Source: an uncultured Sphingomonas sp. (GTDB lineage: Bacteria; Pseudomonadota; Alphaproteobacteria; Sphingomonadales; Sphingomonadaceae). Taken from it: a stretch of DNA of 62,404 nt. The stretch covers positions 1 through 62,404 of the forward strand of contig CBIHLI010000001.1 in the NCBI GenBank assembly GCA_966210575.1. The letters are read 5' to 3'. The translations under genes were made by a program, and so were the position numbers. The notes beneath the pieces are model-generated. The model ran no database searches. It had not been told where the DNA came from and saw nothing but the letters and a program-made list of their open reading frames with translations. Positions 10,535 to 18,318 of this stretch are shown here, piece after piece (position 1 is the first letter of the stretch; each line of letters starts with the position of its first letter).

Positions 10535-11625
10535 CAGGCGCGCCTCCATGCTGCCCAGAGGTCCCGGAGCAGGCGTTTCTCGATAAACCGCTTGGCGCGG
10601 GCGTGGATGATGCAGTCGCGCTCGACGCCAGCGGCGATTTCGTGGGCGCGACGGTCGATGTAGAGCTGCCCGTACGGGCCGACGGCGTGGCGTTTGCCGT
10701 CCTTCGGATTACGGATCTGCTGTTTCAGGATGGACTCGCCGATGTTCCACATCAGGGAGCGGCGGCGAGGGACGTAGCCCTGAAGGATCGCGGCATCGCC
10801 TGCGACGCGACGCTGGCGCTCGCCATCGAACACCGCCAATCCCATGCGCTTCCAGAGCGCAGAGACGGTCTTGAATTCGCCTGGGCCGATGAGGCGATCC
10901 GCATCGTCAAGCGCTCGAGCTGCGCATTCGCCGACGATCATAGCCAAGAAGCGCGTTGAAAGACCGGGCACGCCTGCGGCCCATCCAGCGACGGGCAACT
11001 GCCCGCCGAGCATGGCGAGCTTCTTCTCTTCGATCGCGATCGCCTGGACCAACGGCTCCATCGCGGCGTGATACGGCGCCAGCCAGGCCATCACTTCCGG
11101 GGTGGGCGCGCGGTACAGCTTCGCGCCGGCCTCCTTGTCGCCGCCGCTGACGCGACGGCACACGGACATCGCCTGAAGCAGGACCCGCTGATGCGCTTGA
11201 CGCAGATCGTCGTAACGTCGCTTGGTTTCGCTGATTTCGCCGATGAGAGCGGAATATATTTGGGCAGCGCCGAGAATATGGCCCTCATCGGCTCCGCCAG
11301 TGGCGGAAGGGGTGGTCGCAGGCATGGGGGACCTGGCTTTCGACCGCTTAGAGGCCTGCGACCTCGCGCCGGAGCGCGAATTAGGTGCCCGAGGCGCGGT
11401 CCCACCGGGTGCCGGAGTCATTGAGGCCTCGGGCTGCACAGCCTTGCGGCTGCGCGATTTCTGGCGGGGCGCTCCAGGACTGGTTTTCGCTGCTGACCCG
11501 GCCCCGCCCACGGCCGAAGCCGCGATCTCCTGAACTTGGTCGAAGCTACGGTCGAAATGCTGCCGCACCCGCTCCGTCGACACCGCGGCCGCTTTTTCGA
11601 ATTCGCCGAAATTCTCAATGAGCAT
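10534..11625 (-). CDS. Nop/IS110-related RNA-binding domain protein, TasA-like (no nuclease domain)
   Basis: Coiled-coil then VPGLS..LAMIVGE, F.TVSALWKRMGL, Y..RR..E, HARAKRFIEKRLLRDLW; no RuvC/DEDD, HNH or IS110 catalytic SG seen; GGAGG RBS before ATG 11625; associated guide array. Confidence 0.82.
   Translation of the reverse strand: MLIENFGEFEKAAAVSTERVRQHFDRSFDQVQEIAASAVGGAGSAAKTSPGAPRQKSRSRKAVQPEASMTPAPGGTAPRAPNSRSGARSQASKRSKARSPMPATTPSATGGADEGHILGAAQIYSALIGEISETKRRYDDLRQAHQRVLLQAMSVCRRVSGGDKEAGAKLYRAPTPEVMAWLAPYHAAMEPLVQAIAIEEKKLAMLGGQLPVAGWAAGVPGLSTRFLAMIVGECAARALDDADRLIGPGEFKTVSALWKRMGLAVFDGERQRRVAGDAAILQGYVPRRRSLMWNIGESILKQQIRNPKDGKRHAVGPYGQLYIDRRAHEIAAGVERDCIIHARAKRFIEKRLLRDLWAAWRRA
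11239..11524 (-). ncRNA. Stem-loop TIGR-like guide RNA array, 4 units
   Basis: Units at 11463-11508, 11387-11434, 11314-11363 and 11239-11292, each a 7-11 bp stem enclosing CCN-N9-YG-N4-CCN-N9-YG; period 75/72/73 nt; small hairpins between units. Confidence 0.85.
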
Positions 11626-12187
11626 TGGCTTCCTCCCACAGCTTGGCGAGAGTGGCCTCGCTAAGGGTGCTGCCAATCGGAGCGTCAACCGGCCCGTTCT
11701 TTTCGGCCGCGGCGGCGACAGCTTCCTGCCAGCGTGACTGGAGAGCCATCGAACGAGAAGCGATCTTGTAACTTGAAGCACTCTCCCGGACCTCTGCGGG
11801 AGTGGCGTTGCGGATCGGCTTTCCGCCGTAGATCGGCATGTCCATGAAACGGCGGAGCTCGTTGCTCATCGCCTCCGCCAGACCGGGACTCGATCGCGCG
11901 ACCGAAGCAGATTTGATGATGGACTCGCGGCGCGCTCGAAGAACCGCGCGCACCTGGTCTCGGCACCATTGCTCGACCACGGTCGCGAGATGCTCTCGCA
12001 TCAGATCGGGAGATGCGAGCAGCTTGCGACTCAGCGCGGCAGCTGCGGCGTCGATGTCGTCGTTGGTATCTTCCAGCGCAGCGGCGGCGAGCTCTCGCGC
12101 CGTGTCCAGCGGCGCGGCGGCACGCTTCTGGGCTTCAGGCGATGTTTGGCCGCGCCGGCTGGACTCCAAAACTTGTGTTGCTGACAA
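11615..12187 (-). CDS. Hypothetical protein, putative Tas partner; first gene of leftward operon
   Basis: TTG start behind GGGGAG; stop overlaps start of the Tas-like gene; contains a guide unit. Confidence 0.75.
   Translation of the reverse strand: MSATQVLESSRRGQTSPEAQKRAAAPLDTARELAAAALEDTNDDIDAAAAALSRKLLASPDLMREHLATVVEQWCRDQVRAVLRARRESIIKSASVARSSPGLAEAMSNELRRFMDMPIYGGKPIRNATPAEVRESASSYKIASRSMALQSRWQEAVAAAAEKNGPVDAPIGSTLSEATLAKLWEEANAH
12104..12164 (-). ncRNA. Single TIGR-like guide unit
   Basis: gtccagc(c)ggcgcgg-CCA-aacatcgcc-TG-aagc-CCA-gaagcgtgc-CG-ccgcgcc-gctggac. Confidence 0.8.
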
Positions 12188-12212
12188 TTCGCATCTCCCC
12201 TTGATCGGGGGA

Positions 12213-12255
12213 GACTGCTACAAAGGTTTTGTTACAGGGTCAACAAGATTTTTGT
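12213..12255 (-). promoter_or_regulatory. PL-like promoter with two ACAA-N5-TTGT operators (12220-12232, 12243-12255)
   Basis: Minus strand TTGACC-17-TAGCAG; palindromes match those between cI and cro. Confidence 0.7.
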
Positions 12256-12261
12256 TAAGCG

Positions 12262-12723
12262 CTAAAGCCCAATGCTGGCACAGCCGGTTTCGAAGATATC
12301 TATTGCTCGGTCGGAGCCGGTCAGATCAAAGGTGAGATCGACGTTCGCGCCCCGATAATCGGTTGCTCTCACAGCCATGGTGCGCGACCGCGCGATGGCT
12401 TCTATGAGCGGACCGGCATCGTTCAGAAGAACAACAAAGCGACCAGTATGGCCCCAATTCGCCGCGATCGATGGTTGCTGATCGAATCGAACAAGCACCT
12501 CGCGAAGGATAGGCCTTCCCCCCAGATGACGTCCCATGTCGACGGTGATCTGACGCCCGCCACTTCGGCTGCCTGAATCGCACACGATAAGCATCGCGCC
12601 CGGCGGGTTGTTCAACGTGACGGAGACCTTTCTGGCGTCCGTCATTGGGTCTGAGTCGTGAGCTATGTGCCACCGATCGGCAGGGGCGGCCGAGGACATT
12701 GCTAAAAGTGCTGCAATAATCAT
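12262..12723 (-). CDS. Exported protein co-transcribed with repressor
   Basis: Signal-peptide-like N-terminus, DPMTD motif; ATGA overlap with cI stop. Confidence 0.7.
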   Translation of the reverse strand: MIIAALLAMSSAAPADRWHIAHDSDPMTDARKVSVTLNNPPGAMLIVCDSGSRSGGRQITVDMGRHLGGRPILREVLVRFDQQPSIAANWGHTGRFVVLLNDAGPLIEAIARSRTMAVRATDYRGANVDLTFDLTGSDRAIDIFETGCASIGL

Positions 12724-13394
12724 CTGTAACGCCTTCCAAACCAAACGACGCGGCCCTTGATGTCGATTTCCTCGAGGAGACGTTCTTCGGGATCGTATCG
12801 AGGGTTCTCGCTCATCACCTTCACTTTTACCGGATCCGAGCCGTATATACGCTGAAGGTATTTGACGACATAGCCATCACCTTCCCACAGGCAAAACGGT
12901 CCAGGCTGAGCCAGGCTGCGCTTCCTCGTATCGATCAGCAGCTGGTCCCCGTCCTGAAAGACCGGCTGCATTGAGTCTCCGTCGATCTCGATGAGCAACA
13001 AATCCGCGGGCGGTACATTGAGCTCTCGCACAAGGCTGCCAGAGAAGGCGCGCTTCTGAAGATCGCCTTCGCCGCTGCCTGGCCCGCCAGCGCCGGCATA
13101 AGTCGGCAGCATATCAACCATCACCAGATCATCGCCGGTGTTGATTGTCAGGATCGGGTCGTGGTGCGTCTCTTCGTCCGCTGCCTCGATCGCCTTCCTC
13201 ACATAACGCATCCATTGGGGCACGCGCTTCGCGTGCGGCTGCTCGAAATTCGAGACAGACTGTTGCTTCAGCTTTATCTCGACGCCTTCCTCGAATGCGA
13301 AAGCCCGCGCTCGATTGGCAACGTCAGCAGTCGACCACCCTAAGCGGTCTCGCTCCTCGCGGAGCCAGCGTTTTACCTCCTCAACGTTCTCCAT
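12720..13394 (-). CDS. cI: CI-like repressor (HTH + S24 peptidase)
   Basis: N-terminal HTH (QQSVSNFE), AG cleavage-site candidate, GDSMQP and VVK catalytic Ser/Lys; divergent from cro. Confidence 0.9.
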   Translation of the reverse strand: MENVEEVKRWLREERDRLGWSTADVANRARAFAFEEGVEIKLKQQSVSNFEQPHAKRVPQWMRYVRKAIEAADEETHHDPILTINTGDDLVMVDMLPTYAGAGGPGSGEGDLQKRAFSGSLVRELNVPPADLLLIEIDGDSMQPVFQDGDQLLIDTRKRSLAQPGPFCLWEGDGYVVKYLQRIYGSDPVKVKVMSENPRYDPEERLLEEIDIKGRVVWFGRRYR

Positions 13395-13407
13395 GCCGCT
13401 TTGAGGT

Positions 13408-13466
13408 ACAAAAGATTTGGGGAGGCCGCTCCTACAAAACTCTTGTTGCCTGCACAAAACTATTGT
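13408..13466. promoter_or_regulatory. OR-like region, three ACAA-N5-TTG(T/G) operators
   Basis: 13408-13420, 13434-13446 and 13454-13466 between divergent cI and cro. Confidence 0.75.
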
Positions 13467-13479
13467 AGCTGAGCCGGTC

Positions 13480-13707
13480 ATGAGCCATGAAGCCCTGAAG
13501 CGTGCGCTCGCCAAGGCAGACGACAATCAGTCGAAATTTGCCGAAGCGATTGGCACCTCTCAACAGCGCATCTCGTATCTGCTGAAGAACGAGAAGCCGC
13601 TCCCTGCCGAGCTGGTCCTACGGACGGAAGAAGTGTTCGGGATTCCCCGTCACGAGCTGCGTCCCGACATCTATCCAGCGCCTGAAGCCGTGAAGTCGGC
13701 AGCATGA
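13480..13707 (+). CDS. cro: Cro-like (YdaS family) regulator
   Basis: NQSKFAEAIGTSQQRIS HTH and ELRPDIY signature. Confidence 0.88.
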   Translation: MSHEALKRALAKADDNQSKFAEAIGTSQQRISYLLKNEKPLPAELVLRTEEVFGIPRHELRPDIYPAPEAVKSAA

Positions 13708-13895
13708 AGCAGGGGTCTGTCTCCATCGCCGAAGCGATTCGCAGCTCCGTCGAGACCGGCATCCTGGCTGGCCTGACCGAGGCGACGAAGGCCGTCTTGT
13801 GCGGCGATTCCGAAATCCCTCCGCCCGCGGCACCCCTTTCCCGCGAGCGAGCCGATGGGGGAGTGGGCCAGCGCTCCCCCAGAGGTTCCGCCTGA
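13704..13895 (+). CDS. Hypothetical small protein
   Basis: ATGA overlap with cro. Confidence 0.45.
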   Translation: MKQGSVSIAEAIRSSVETGILAGLTEATKAVLCGDSEIPPPAAPLSRERADGGVGQRSPRGSA

Positions 13896-13931
13896 TGGCG
13901 GTCTGTCGATCCCTTACGCAGGGAAGGTCTG

Positions 13932-13972
13932 CGTGGCGTCGGGGTGCTTCGGCTCCCGGCGCCACGGCTTTT
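13932..13972 (+). terminator. Putative tR-like hairpin terminator
   Basis: cgtggcgtcggg...cccggcgccacg stem with TTCG loop, followed by a short T tract. Confidence 0.45.
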
Positions 13973-14012
13973 CGCTGTGGGTCCTTTCATGGTGTGGGGA
14001 GGCATCTAACCG

Positions 14013-14495
14013 ATGGTGCCTGACCCGTCAGTGTCGAATCCTCGGCTGATTTCCACGGATGCCTTCAGAGAGGCGGTCTATCACGCGATCAGGCTTTTCG
14101 TCGGTCGCGGCCGTGCCTGGTCTGTCGAGGACGTTGCGGTCGCGCTCAACGCCGCCGACCACAAGATCACGGCTAGAGCTGTCCAGAGCTGGATCGCATC
14201 GGACCCTATCGAGCGTCGGACGCCGGACACCCCGATGTTGGGCGCGCTCTGCCAGCTGCTCGGTCCGTCATTCACGGCCAAGTGGCTCGGACCGCTGGGG
14301 CAGGGGGCCCATAGCCTTTCCGCCGTTACCGGTTCGCCGGCCCAGATCATCGCCGCGCTGATGGACGGATCGGCACAGTTCGCCGTCCGCGGGATCGACG
14401 GGGTGTTCTGCAATATCGACCGCGGCGACCTCGAGACGGTGGCCGACAAGATGATCGAGATCCTGACGCCCTTCTCGTCCAAGCAGGGAGCTTGA
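14013..14495 (+). CDS. CII-like HTH regulator
   Basis: Position after cro; HTH-like segment SVEDVA...TARAVQSW. Confidence 0.6.
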   Translation: MVPDPSVSNPRLISTDAFREAVYHAIRLFVGRGRAWSVEDVAVALNAADHKITARAVQSWIASDPIERRTPDTPMLGALCQLLGPSFTAKWLGPLGQGAHSLSAVTGSPAQIIAALMDGSAQFAVRGIDGVFCNIDRGDLETVADKMIEILTPFSSKQGA

Positions 14496-17080
14496 CCATG
14501 GCGAGGGGAGGGGAGCCCCTGGTTGTGGAGACCAAGGTCGCCGAGGATCCATACCGGGCCTTTCTCGAGGCGAAGATCGCGACGCCCCCAAGTCTCGGTC
14601 TGCCGTGTGAGCTGGACGAGGTACGATCCCACCTGATCGACGGCCGGCCGATGAAGGATCATGTCCGCCACATCGTGCGCTGGGCGGTCCAGGGCGGGCG
14701 CCGCGGTATCTTCGCCAATTTCGGCCTGCACAAAACGATGATGCAGCTGGAGATCGGCAGGATCATCACCACAAAGACCGGCGAACTCGGCCTGATTTGC
14801 CTGCCGCTCGGCGTCCGGCGTGAATTCATGATCGATGCCAGTCTGCTCGGGACGCCAGTGGCGTTCGCTCAGAGCGATCGCGAAATCGATGCTCTGAAGC
14901 TGGACGATCAGATCGAGCCGCCGCTCGTGCTGACCAACTATGAATCAGTGCGCGAGGGCAAGATCGACCTGTCTCGCTTCGGCTGGGCTTCGCTCGATGA
15001 GGCCAGCGTGCTCCGCTCCTATGGCTCGAAAACCTACCAGGAATTCCTGCCGCTGTTCGAGGGCGTGAAATACCGTCACGTCGCGACCGCCACTCCAAGC
15101 CCGAACCGCTACAAGGAGCTGATCCACTATGCCGGCTTTCTCGGCGTCATGGACACCGGGCAAGCGCTGACACGCTTCTTTCAGCGCAACAGCGAACGCG
15201 CGAACGACCTTACGCTCTATCCGCACAAGGAAGCTGAATTCTGGCTCTGGCTGAACAGCTGGGGCGTCTTTCTCCAGCGGCCGTCGGACCTCGGCTTCTC
15301 CGACGAAGGATATGATCTCCCGCCGATCACCGTCCGCTATCACCAGGTCGCCAGCGACATCTCTGACGCCGGTACCGAGAGTGATGGGCAAGGCCGGCTG
15401 ATACGTGATGCGGCGATCGGCGTCGTCGATGCCGCCCGCGAGAAGCGCGCGACGCTGTCGGCGAGGATCGCGAAAGCGAAGGAAATCGTCGGCGCCAGTC
15501 CGGACGAGCACTTCCTCATTTGGCACGACCTTGAGGACGAGCGCCGAGCAATCTGCGCCGAGATTTCCGGCGCGAAGGCCGTCTATGGCTCGCAGGAACT
15601 GGACGTACGCGAAGAGATCATCGGAGACTTCGCGGAGGGCCGGCTACCGATCCTCGCTGCCAAACCGGTGATGCTCGGTAGCGGCACGAACCTTCAACGC
15701 CACTGCCACCGCGCGATCTTCGCCGGCATCGGCTTCAAGTTCAACGACCTGATTCAAGCAATTCACCGACTGCACCGCTTCCAGCAGGCCAAGCCGGTCG
15801 AGATCGACATCATCCACGCCGAGACCGAGACCGAGGTGCTGCGCACGCTGCAAAACAAGTGGCAGCGGCATGAAGAGCTCACCGGCCGAATGAGCGAGAT
15901 CATCCGGGAGTTCGGCCTCAACCACGATGCCGCTGCCGAGACCCTGAAGCGGTCGATCGGATGCGAACGCTCGATGGAGGAAGGCGCCTTCTGGTCGATG
16001 GTCAACAATGACTGTGTCGACGAGGTTCGGCGTATGCCGGACGACAGCGTCGACCTGGTGGTCACGTCAATCCCCTTCGGCAATCACTACGAATATTCGG
16101 CCAGCTACAACGACTTCGGCCACACCGACGATCACGATCACTTCTTCGCCCAGATGGATTTCCTGACGCCGCAGCTGCTCCGGATCCTGAAACCGGGCCG
16201 TATTGCGGCGGTGCACGTCAAGGACCGCATCAAGTTCGCCAGCGTCACCGGGATGACCCGGCCGACGGTCGAGCCGTTCCACGCGGACACTATCGCCCAT
16301 TTTCGGCGCCATGGCTTCGGCTACATGGGCCTGCGCTTCATCGCCACCGACGTGGTGCGCGAGAACAATCAAACCTACCGCCTCACCTATAAGGAGCTGC
16401 GGAAAGACAGCACGAAAATGGGATCCGGCTCACCGGAATTCCTGCTTCTATTCTTCAAGCTGCCAACGGACCGGAGCAATGGCTACGCCGACGTGCCGGT
16501 TACGAAGGACGCGGACGAATACAGCCTCGCCCGCTGGCAAATCGATGCCGATGCGCTTTGGAGGTCGAGCGGCAATCGACCTCTGACGACGGCGGAAATG
16601 GCATTGATGCCGCCCGACACGCTGGCGCGAGTGTTCCCCGCCTGGTCGATCCAGCAAGTCTATGATCACGAGGCGCATGTCGCGATCGGCGAAGGGCTTG
16701 CGGCGCGGAAGGCACTGCCAAAGACCTTCTCGGTACTGAAGCCCGGATCACTGCGCGATGACGTCTGGACCGACGTCTCAAGGATGCGAACGCTCAATAG
16801 CGAACAGGTACGTCGCCGGGTCGAGCAGCATATCTGTCCTCTCCAGTTCGACATCGTGGACCGTGCGATCAGGCTTTACTCCAATCCTGGCGAGACTGTG
16901 TTCGATCCGTTTGCCAGACTCGGCACCGTACCGATGCGGGCCGTGAAGCTCGGTCGGCGCGGCGCCGGCGTCGAACTGGATCCCAAATCCTTTCGGGATG
17001 CCGTCCATTATTGCCGAGAGGCTGAAGCCAACCGAGCAACGCCCAGCCTCTTTGATCTGATCGACGCGGAGGCCGCATGA
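14492..17080 (+). CDS. SNF2-like helicase fused to N4/N6 DNA methyltransferase
   Basis: GLHKT, LDEAS, TATP, QAIHRLHRF helicase motifs; VTSIPF, HICPLQ, DPFARLGT MTase motifs. Confidence 0.9.
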   Translation: MTMARGGEPLVVETKVAEDPYRAFLEAKIATPPSLGLPCELDEVRSHLIDGRPMKDHVRHIVRWAVQGGRRGIFANFGLHKTMMQLEIGRIITTKTGELGLICLPLGVRREFMIDASLLGTPVAFAQSDREIDALKLDDQIEPPLVLTNYESVREGKIDLSRFGWASLDEASVLRSYGSKTYQEFLPLFEGVKYRHVATATPSPNRYKELIHYAGFLGVMDTGQALTRFFQRNSERANDLTLYPHKEAEFWLWLNSWGVFLQRPSDLGFSDEGYDLPPITVRYHQVASDISDAGTESDGQGRLIRDAAIGVVDAAREKRATLSARIAKAKEIVGASPDEHFLIWHDLEDERRAICAEISGAKAVYGSQELDVREEIIGDFAEGRLPILAAKPVMLGSGTNLQRHCHRAIFAGIGFKFNDLIQAIHRLHRFQQAKPVEIDIIHAETETEVLRTLQNKWQRHEELTGRMSEIIREFGLNHDAAAETLKRSIGCERSMEEGAFWSMVNNDCVDEVRRMPDDSVDLVVTSIPFGNHYEYSASYNDFGHTDDHDHFFAQMDFLTPQLLRILKPGRIAAVHVKDRIKFASVTGMTRPTVEPFHADTIAHFRRHGFGYMGLRFIATDVVRENNQTYRLTYKELRKDSTKMGSGSPEFLLLFFKLPTDRSNGYADVPVTKDADEYSLARWQIDADALWRSSGNRPLTTAEMALMPPDTLARVFPAWSIQQVYDHEAHVAIGEGLAARKALPKTFSVLKPGSLRDDVWTDVSRMRTLNSEQVRRRVEQHICPLQFDIVDRAIRLYSNPGETVFDPFARLGTVPMRAVKLGRRGAGVELDPKSFRDAVHYCREAEANRATPSLFDLIDAEAA

Positions 17081-17343
17081 ACGTCGCCGATCCAGTCGAC
17101 CTTGCCGTAAGCCGCGCCTGGGAGCGAGGACAGGACAAGCCGAAGCCTTCCGCCAGCGCCAAGATGCTCGAGCAGGCCATGTCCCGCGAGGTGGGCGTCG
17201 ACCCGATGCGGGAGGACGTCGCCGAGATCATCTACAGCTTCGACCAGGAGGCGATTGAGCAGCCCTGGCGGCGTCTCGGGTCGACCCGGCGCCAGACCTA
17301 TTACGACATCGCTGACGCGGTGATTGCGCGGGTGCGGAAATGA
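17077..17343 (+). CDS. Hypothetical protein
   Basis: Coupled ORF. Confidence 0.6.
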   Translation: MNVADPVDLAVSRAWERGQDKPKPSASAKMLEQAMSREVGVDPMREDVAEIIYSFDQEAIEQPWRRLGSTRRQTYYDIADAVIARVRK

Positions 17344-17702
17344 TCGCTGAGCTCGCCCTCCTCCTGTTTCTACTGCTGGCCGCTCACGCCCTCTGCGATT
17401 TCGCGCTCCAGCCCGCCCATGTTTCCACCGCCAAGAGGCCGGGCGGTAACGCGTCGGTGCCGTGGTTGCTGGCGATCGGCGGCCATTCGCTGATCCACGG
17501 CGGCGCCGTCGCCTTGCTCGTTCTGCCCTACGTCGGTGCGGCCGACGCCCTTGCTCTCGGCATCGCTGAGACGAGCCTCCATGCCGCGATCGACATCTCC
17601 CGGTGCCACCGGATTATCGGCACGAAAACCGACCAGGCCGCCCATGTCGCATGCAAGCTTCTCTGGGTCTGGATCATCGCCGGATCGGGGGCGCTTCCAT
17701 GA
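17340..17702 (+). CDS. DUF3307-like membrane protein
   Basis: AH..CDFALQ, HSLIHG, H..ID, DQAAH motifs. Confidence 0.8.
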   Translation: MIAELALLLFLLLAAHALCDFALQPAHVSTAKRPGGNASVPWLLAIGGHSLIHGGAVALLVLPYVGAADALALGIAETSLHAAIDISRCHRIIGTKTDQAAHVACKLLWVWIIAGSGALP

Positions 17703-18304
17703 GCAGCCGCCAGCTCCAGCAATATCTCGAGGCTCGCGCGGCGGGCGCGACCGTCGAGGTCGCCGCGGCGGCATCCAGGATCAGCCTGGGCGAGGCCAAG
17801 CTCACCGAGGCCGCCATCGCCCGGCACGAAATCGATCTGCCGTCACCGGAAATTACCACCGAAGGAGAGAGTGAAATGCCCAGAGGAAAGCCAGCCGAAG
17901 CGCTCGAAAACGCGAGCGAGCATCTCGGCGCCGCCAATGATCAGGTCGAACAGGTTATGACGCCGGATTTCGAGCGTGGTCTCAACATCCTGCGTTCTGA
18001 TCTTAATCCGCTCACCGAGGAAAGCGCCAAGATCCGCGGCGACCAATCGGCGGCGTGGAAGATGATCGAGAAGGACTGCCACCTCAACAAGAAGGGCGCG
18101 AAATTCGTCCACTCGCTGATGCGGATGGATCCTGAAATTCGCGATGACGTGCTGCGTACCGTCTATGGCCTGATGAAGGCGGCGAAGATCGGCATCAGTC
18201 GCGATCTCGTCGACCAGATGGGCAAGGGCGACGCGCCCGACATGCCGACGAGCGACGAGAAGGCAACCGAGCCTGGCAATCTCGCTTCCATCGCCGCCGA
18301 ATAG
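17699..18304 (+). CDS. Hypothetical protein with GapR-like C-terminal region (alternative start 17876)
   Basis: Helical pattern EE.AKIRGD....K...K..HLNKK.....MRMD; second RBS AAGGAG before ATG 17876. Confidence 0.55.
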   Translation: MSSRQLQQYLEARAAGATVEVAAAASRISLGEAKLTEAAIARHEIDLPSPEITTEGESEMPRGKPAEALENASEHLGAANDQVEQVMTPDFERGLNILRSDLNPLTEESAKIRGDQSAAWKMIEKDCHLNKKGAKFVHSLMRMDPEIRDDVLRTVYGLMKAAKIGISRDLVDQMGKGDAPDMPTSDEKATEPGNLASIAAE

Positions 18305-18318
18305 TTCGGCGCGGCATC

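Noticed and set aside
11239-11524. CRISPR array
   Set aside because: No identical direct repeats and no cas genes; conservation is in geometry and short motifs only
10534-11625. IS110 insertion sequence or transposase pseudogene
   Set aside because: No DEDD/RuvC domain or catalytic serine motif. The gene is translationally coupled on both sides, and the adjacent RNA is a multi-unit array rather than one bridge RNA.
13323-13506. Self-targeting by guides (ctaagcggt in cI, gaagcgtgcg in cro)
   Set aside because: Only 9-10 nt half matches without the second spacer; expected by chance in 62 kb
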